This document shows, piece after piece, positions 61,566 through 64,000 of a stretch of 64,000 bases of DNA. The DNA is from Spirochaetota bacterium. GTDB taxonomy: Bacteria; Spirochaetota; UBA4802; JAFGDQ01. The translations under genes were made by a program, and so were the position numbers. Every line of letters starts with the position of its first letter. The first letter of the stretch is position 1. Below the pieces are notes generated by a model, which did not search any database, was not told the origin of the DNA, and saw nothing but the letters and a program-made list of their open reading frames with translations. The stretch covers positions 1 through 64,000 of the forward strand of contig JAZDKB010000013.1 in NCBI GenBank assembly GCA_043803405.1, given 5' to 3'.

Positions 61566-61766
61566 GTGAAAAAACTGCTAGGTGAATTGTTAATTGACGG
61601 CGGGGAAATTACACGCGAACAGCTTGAAGAAGCGCTTAAAATTCAAAAAAAAGACGGGGACCTTCTTGGCGCTATTCTTATGAATCTCGGTTATCTGGAT
61701 GAAAGCACTTTACTGGAATTTCTAAAAATGCAGGGTACAAAAGTTAAGATTCACAACAAAAATTAA
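61566..61766 (+). CDS. Stand-alone MshEN-domain protein
   Basis: Tandem LGELL..G.IT.EQL.EAL..Q / LGAIL..LGYL....L motifs; GGAG RBS. Confidence 0.8.
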   Translation: MKKLLGELLIDGGEITREQLEEALKIQKKDGDLLGAILMNLGYLDESTLLEFLKMQGTKVKIHNKN

Positions 61767-61820
61767 TTCGAACTTTTATATGGCTTCTTTATTATGATTA
61801 GGCAATAATTATTATATATT

Positions 61821-63110
61821 CTAGTGCTTAAACGCCCTCTGGCCAGTGTAGACCATAGCTACTTTCGGATTTGTTTCATTGCACGCTTCTATGGATTCAA
61901 AATCGCGTTCCGAGCCTCCGGGCTGCACTATTGAAGTGACGCCCTGCCGTATACCGACATCGACACCGTCCCTGAAAGGAAAAAACGCGTCGGATATCAT
62001 TGCTGAGCCGATCAGGCCGCCGTTCTCGATCTTTGTTTTTTTATCGATCTCAATAACATCAGACTTCTTTTTTTCCCCTTTCTGCACCGCAAGTTCAAGT
62101 TCCTTGTATGAGATGCGGAATTTATCCCAGCAAAGAAGATCTGCGTACTTTGTGTAAGCCTTATATATTGCAATCTCGGCAACACCAACCCTGTCCTGCT
62201 CGCCTGTGCCAATGCCTACGGTCACTCCGTCTTTAACATAGAGCACTGAATTTGAACTGACTCCCTGCTCAACAAACCATCCGAAAAGCAGGTCATCGTA
62301 TTCCTTGTCGCTTGGGAGCCTTCCGATTTTATAGGTTTTGCCTTTGTATTCTGCCTCTGCAGGCTTCAGATCATCCTTGCTTTTTACAATATTAAGCGGA
62401 GACTGCTGTACAATTATTCCTCCGTCCATGAGCGATTTAAAATCTATAAAACGTATATCTTTATATTTTTCAAGACTGTCTATTCTTTCAATTTTGACAA
62501 TTCTGAGGTTCTTTTTTGTTTTCAGAATTTCAAGCGCTCCACCAGTATAGTCCGGTGCCACAACCACTTCAAGGTAAAGCTCGGACATAAGCTCTGCAGT
62601 CTCTTTGTCAACAGCGCGGTTCAAAGCTGCGCATCCTCCGAATGCGGCAATCCTGTCCGCTCTGAAAGCACGGCTGTATGCATCGGCTATCGTGGAACCG
62701 TAAGCCACGCCGCTCGGGTTATTGTGCTTAACAATAACAGCAGCCGGTTTGTTCATAAGATATTTTAAAATATTCAGCGCATTGTCAATATCAGTAAGAT
62801 TGATTTTACCCGGATGTTTGCCGAACTGCACCATCATGCTTTCATCTATGCCGCTCGAAAGGGAATTGCCCGGATCAATGAATTTGCAGTTTCCAAGCGT
62901 AAGGTTTCCTTCTACAAGCTCGTACATTGCTGCTTCCTGTCCGGGATTTTCGCCGTAGCGCAATCCCTTTTCAATAGTGGTTCCGTTTTCCTCAATGAGC
63001 CAGGACCTCTTTTTATATTTTAACGTTCTGTCTCCGAATGTGATTGTCATGGACTGCGGAAAATGATCGTCCATGATTGTTTTGTATGCTTTTTTTAGAT
63101 TGTCTGCCAT
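61821..63110 (-). CDS. purH: AICAR transformylase (PurH C-terminal domain only)
   Basis: LRYGENP.Q.A, KHNNP.G, AFGG, SNSV, SDAFFPF.DG, QPGGS, R.FKH; no N-terminal IMP cyclohydrolase domain. Confidence 0.85.
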   Translation of the reverse strand: MADNLKKAYKTIMDDHFPQSMTITFGDRTLKYKKRSWLIEENGTTIEKGLRYGENPGQEAAMYELVEGNLTLGNCKFIDPGNSLSSGIDESMMVQFGKHPGKINLTDIDNALNILKYLMNKPAAVIVKHNNPSGVAYGSTIADAYSRAFRADRIAAFGGCAALNRAVDKETAELMSELYLEVVVAPDYTGGALEILKTKKNLRIVKIERIDSLEKYKDIRFIDFKSLMDGGIIVQQSPLNIVKSKDDLKPAEAEYKGKTYKIGRLPSDKEYDDLLFGWFVEQGVSSNSVLYVKDGVTVGIGTGEQDRVGVAEIAIYKAYTKYADLLCWDKFRISYKELELAVQKGEKKKSDVIEIDKKTKIENGGLIGSAMISDAFFPFRDGVDVGIRQGVTSIVQPGGSERDFESIEACNETNPKVAMVYTGQRAFKH

Positions 63111-63151
63111 GTACTTTACTCCCTGATTATAGGATACCTTATATGTTTGTG

Positions 63152-63901
63152 CTACTTACCGGCTTCTTCCTTATGTAATTCTTCACGCAATTTCAAAATA
63201 CGGTTCCTTAGTTCATCCATTAAATCAGCAGCTTTATTCGGCTGATATTTTACAGTATCAATCTCTTTACCTATCCTGGCATATACTTTACAGGGATTTA
63301 TCAATAAAGATCCGCGCTTCATTGCATCGTTAGTGCCTTTTATATAAATCGGCACAATTGGCACCCCGGTTTTAAGGCACAGGCGGAACAATAACTTTTT
63401 AAAAGGCTGAAGCTCTCCGTCCATACTTCTGGTGCCTTCCGGAAATATCACTATTCTGGTTCCGCCGCGGACTTTTTTCACTGCCGAGTTCAGGCTCTCG
63501 ATAACCTTTCTTCCCTCTCCTTCCTCAACAGGAATGAATTTATTCGCCCTCATAAGCCAGCCGAGAAACGGGAGCTTAAACAGTCTTTTCCTTGCCAGCC
63601 AGCCGACCTGCACAGGAATTATGGAATAGAGCAGCGGAACATCAAGATTGCTCAGATGATTCGCTGCAAAAACCTGCGTTCTGGATTTATCAATATTTTC
63701 AATTCCCTTGCAAGTTACTTTTACCCCGGCAAAAAATAATATAAGCCTGCCGCCCATTTTTGCGAATAAATGCCCAAAATATCCGGAACGGTCAATAATT
63801 GCAGATGGTATTGACAGAACAGCAGACAGGGCTATGGAAAACAAAATTCCTGTTATGCGAACAGCAGAAGTAAGCCTGAGAAATATCAGATTCATTAACA
63901 A
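63152..63901 (-). CDS. plsC: 1-acyl-sn-glycerol-3-phosphate acyltransferase
   Basis: NHLSNLD and FPEGTRS motifs. Confidence 0.9.
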   Translation of the reverse strand: MLMNLIFLRLTSAVRITGILFSIALSAVLSIPSAIIDRSGYFGHLFAKMGGRLILFFAGVKVTCKGIENIDKSRTQVFAANHLSNLDVPLLYSIIPVQVGWLARKRLFKLPFLGWLMRANKFIPVEEGEGRKVIESLNSAVKKVRGGTRIVIFPEGTRSMDGELQPFKKLLFRLCLKTGVPIVPIYIKGTNDAMKRGSLLINPCKVYARIGKEIDTVKYQPNKAADLMDELRNRILKLREELHKEEAGK

Positions 63902-64000
63902 ACACTCTCCGTGAAAACCAGTGTTTTGTTAAAAACACATTAAAGTTGATTCTGTCAATTATTATTTAGAACAGGAATCCCGTCAGTTTGTTTTTCATAA

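Noticed and set aside
1..64000. CRISPR array, tRNA/rRNA, prophage, nitrogenase cluster
   Set aside because: No spaced repeats, RNA gene signatures, phage genes or nifHDK seen; NifB/NifX and NifU domains alone do not imply nitrogen fixation

Overview
Bacterial chromosomal window from an AT-rich, probably anaerobic diderm. A spirochaete (Leptospirae-like) origin is inferred, not verified, from the WG-repeat protein and two conserved hypotheticals. The flanks carry housekeeping genes (SplB-like radical SAM, M23 peptidase, PBP1A, rlmN, ubiX/ubiA, pyrG, an M16 peptidase pair, pth, purH-like, plsC) and two toxin-antitoxin pairs. There is also a tandem duplication of a c-di-AMP riboswitch + kimA K+ transporter unit. 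The centre (~25.6-58.7 kb) is a ~33 kb metal/Fe-S island. It resembles an expanded 'orange protein' (ORP) system: PAS-sigma54 activator, four NifB/NifX-family proteins, two ferredoxin-MinD ATPases, Mrp/ApbC, three NifU-N proteins, DUF134, DUF5320, CGGC, DUF1847, DUF89, TsaA, CooT. It also holds two metal ABC systems and two Fur-family regulators. Candidate operators for four different regulators can be read directly in the DNA, and a DUF2946-type CxxC/HAPP leader peptide precedes one metal-uptake operon. The island contains deletion scars: a decayed selenium locus (yedE'-yedF-DUF3343'-Sec-type selD') inside a segment bounded by an exact 87-bp direct repeat, and a collapsed radical-SAM gene. 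No rRNA, tRNA, CRISPR array or intact transposase was seen. All calls are by eye; no database searches were run.
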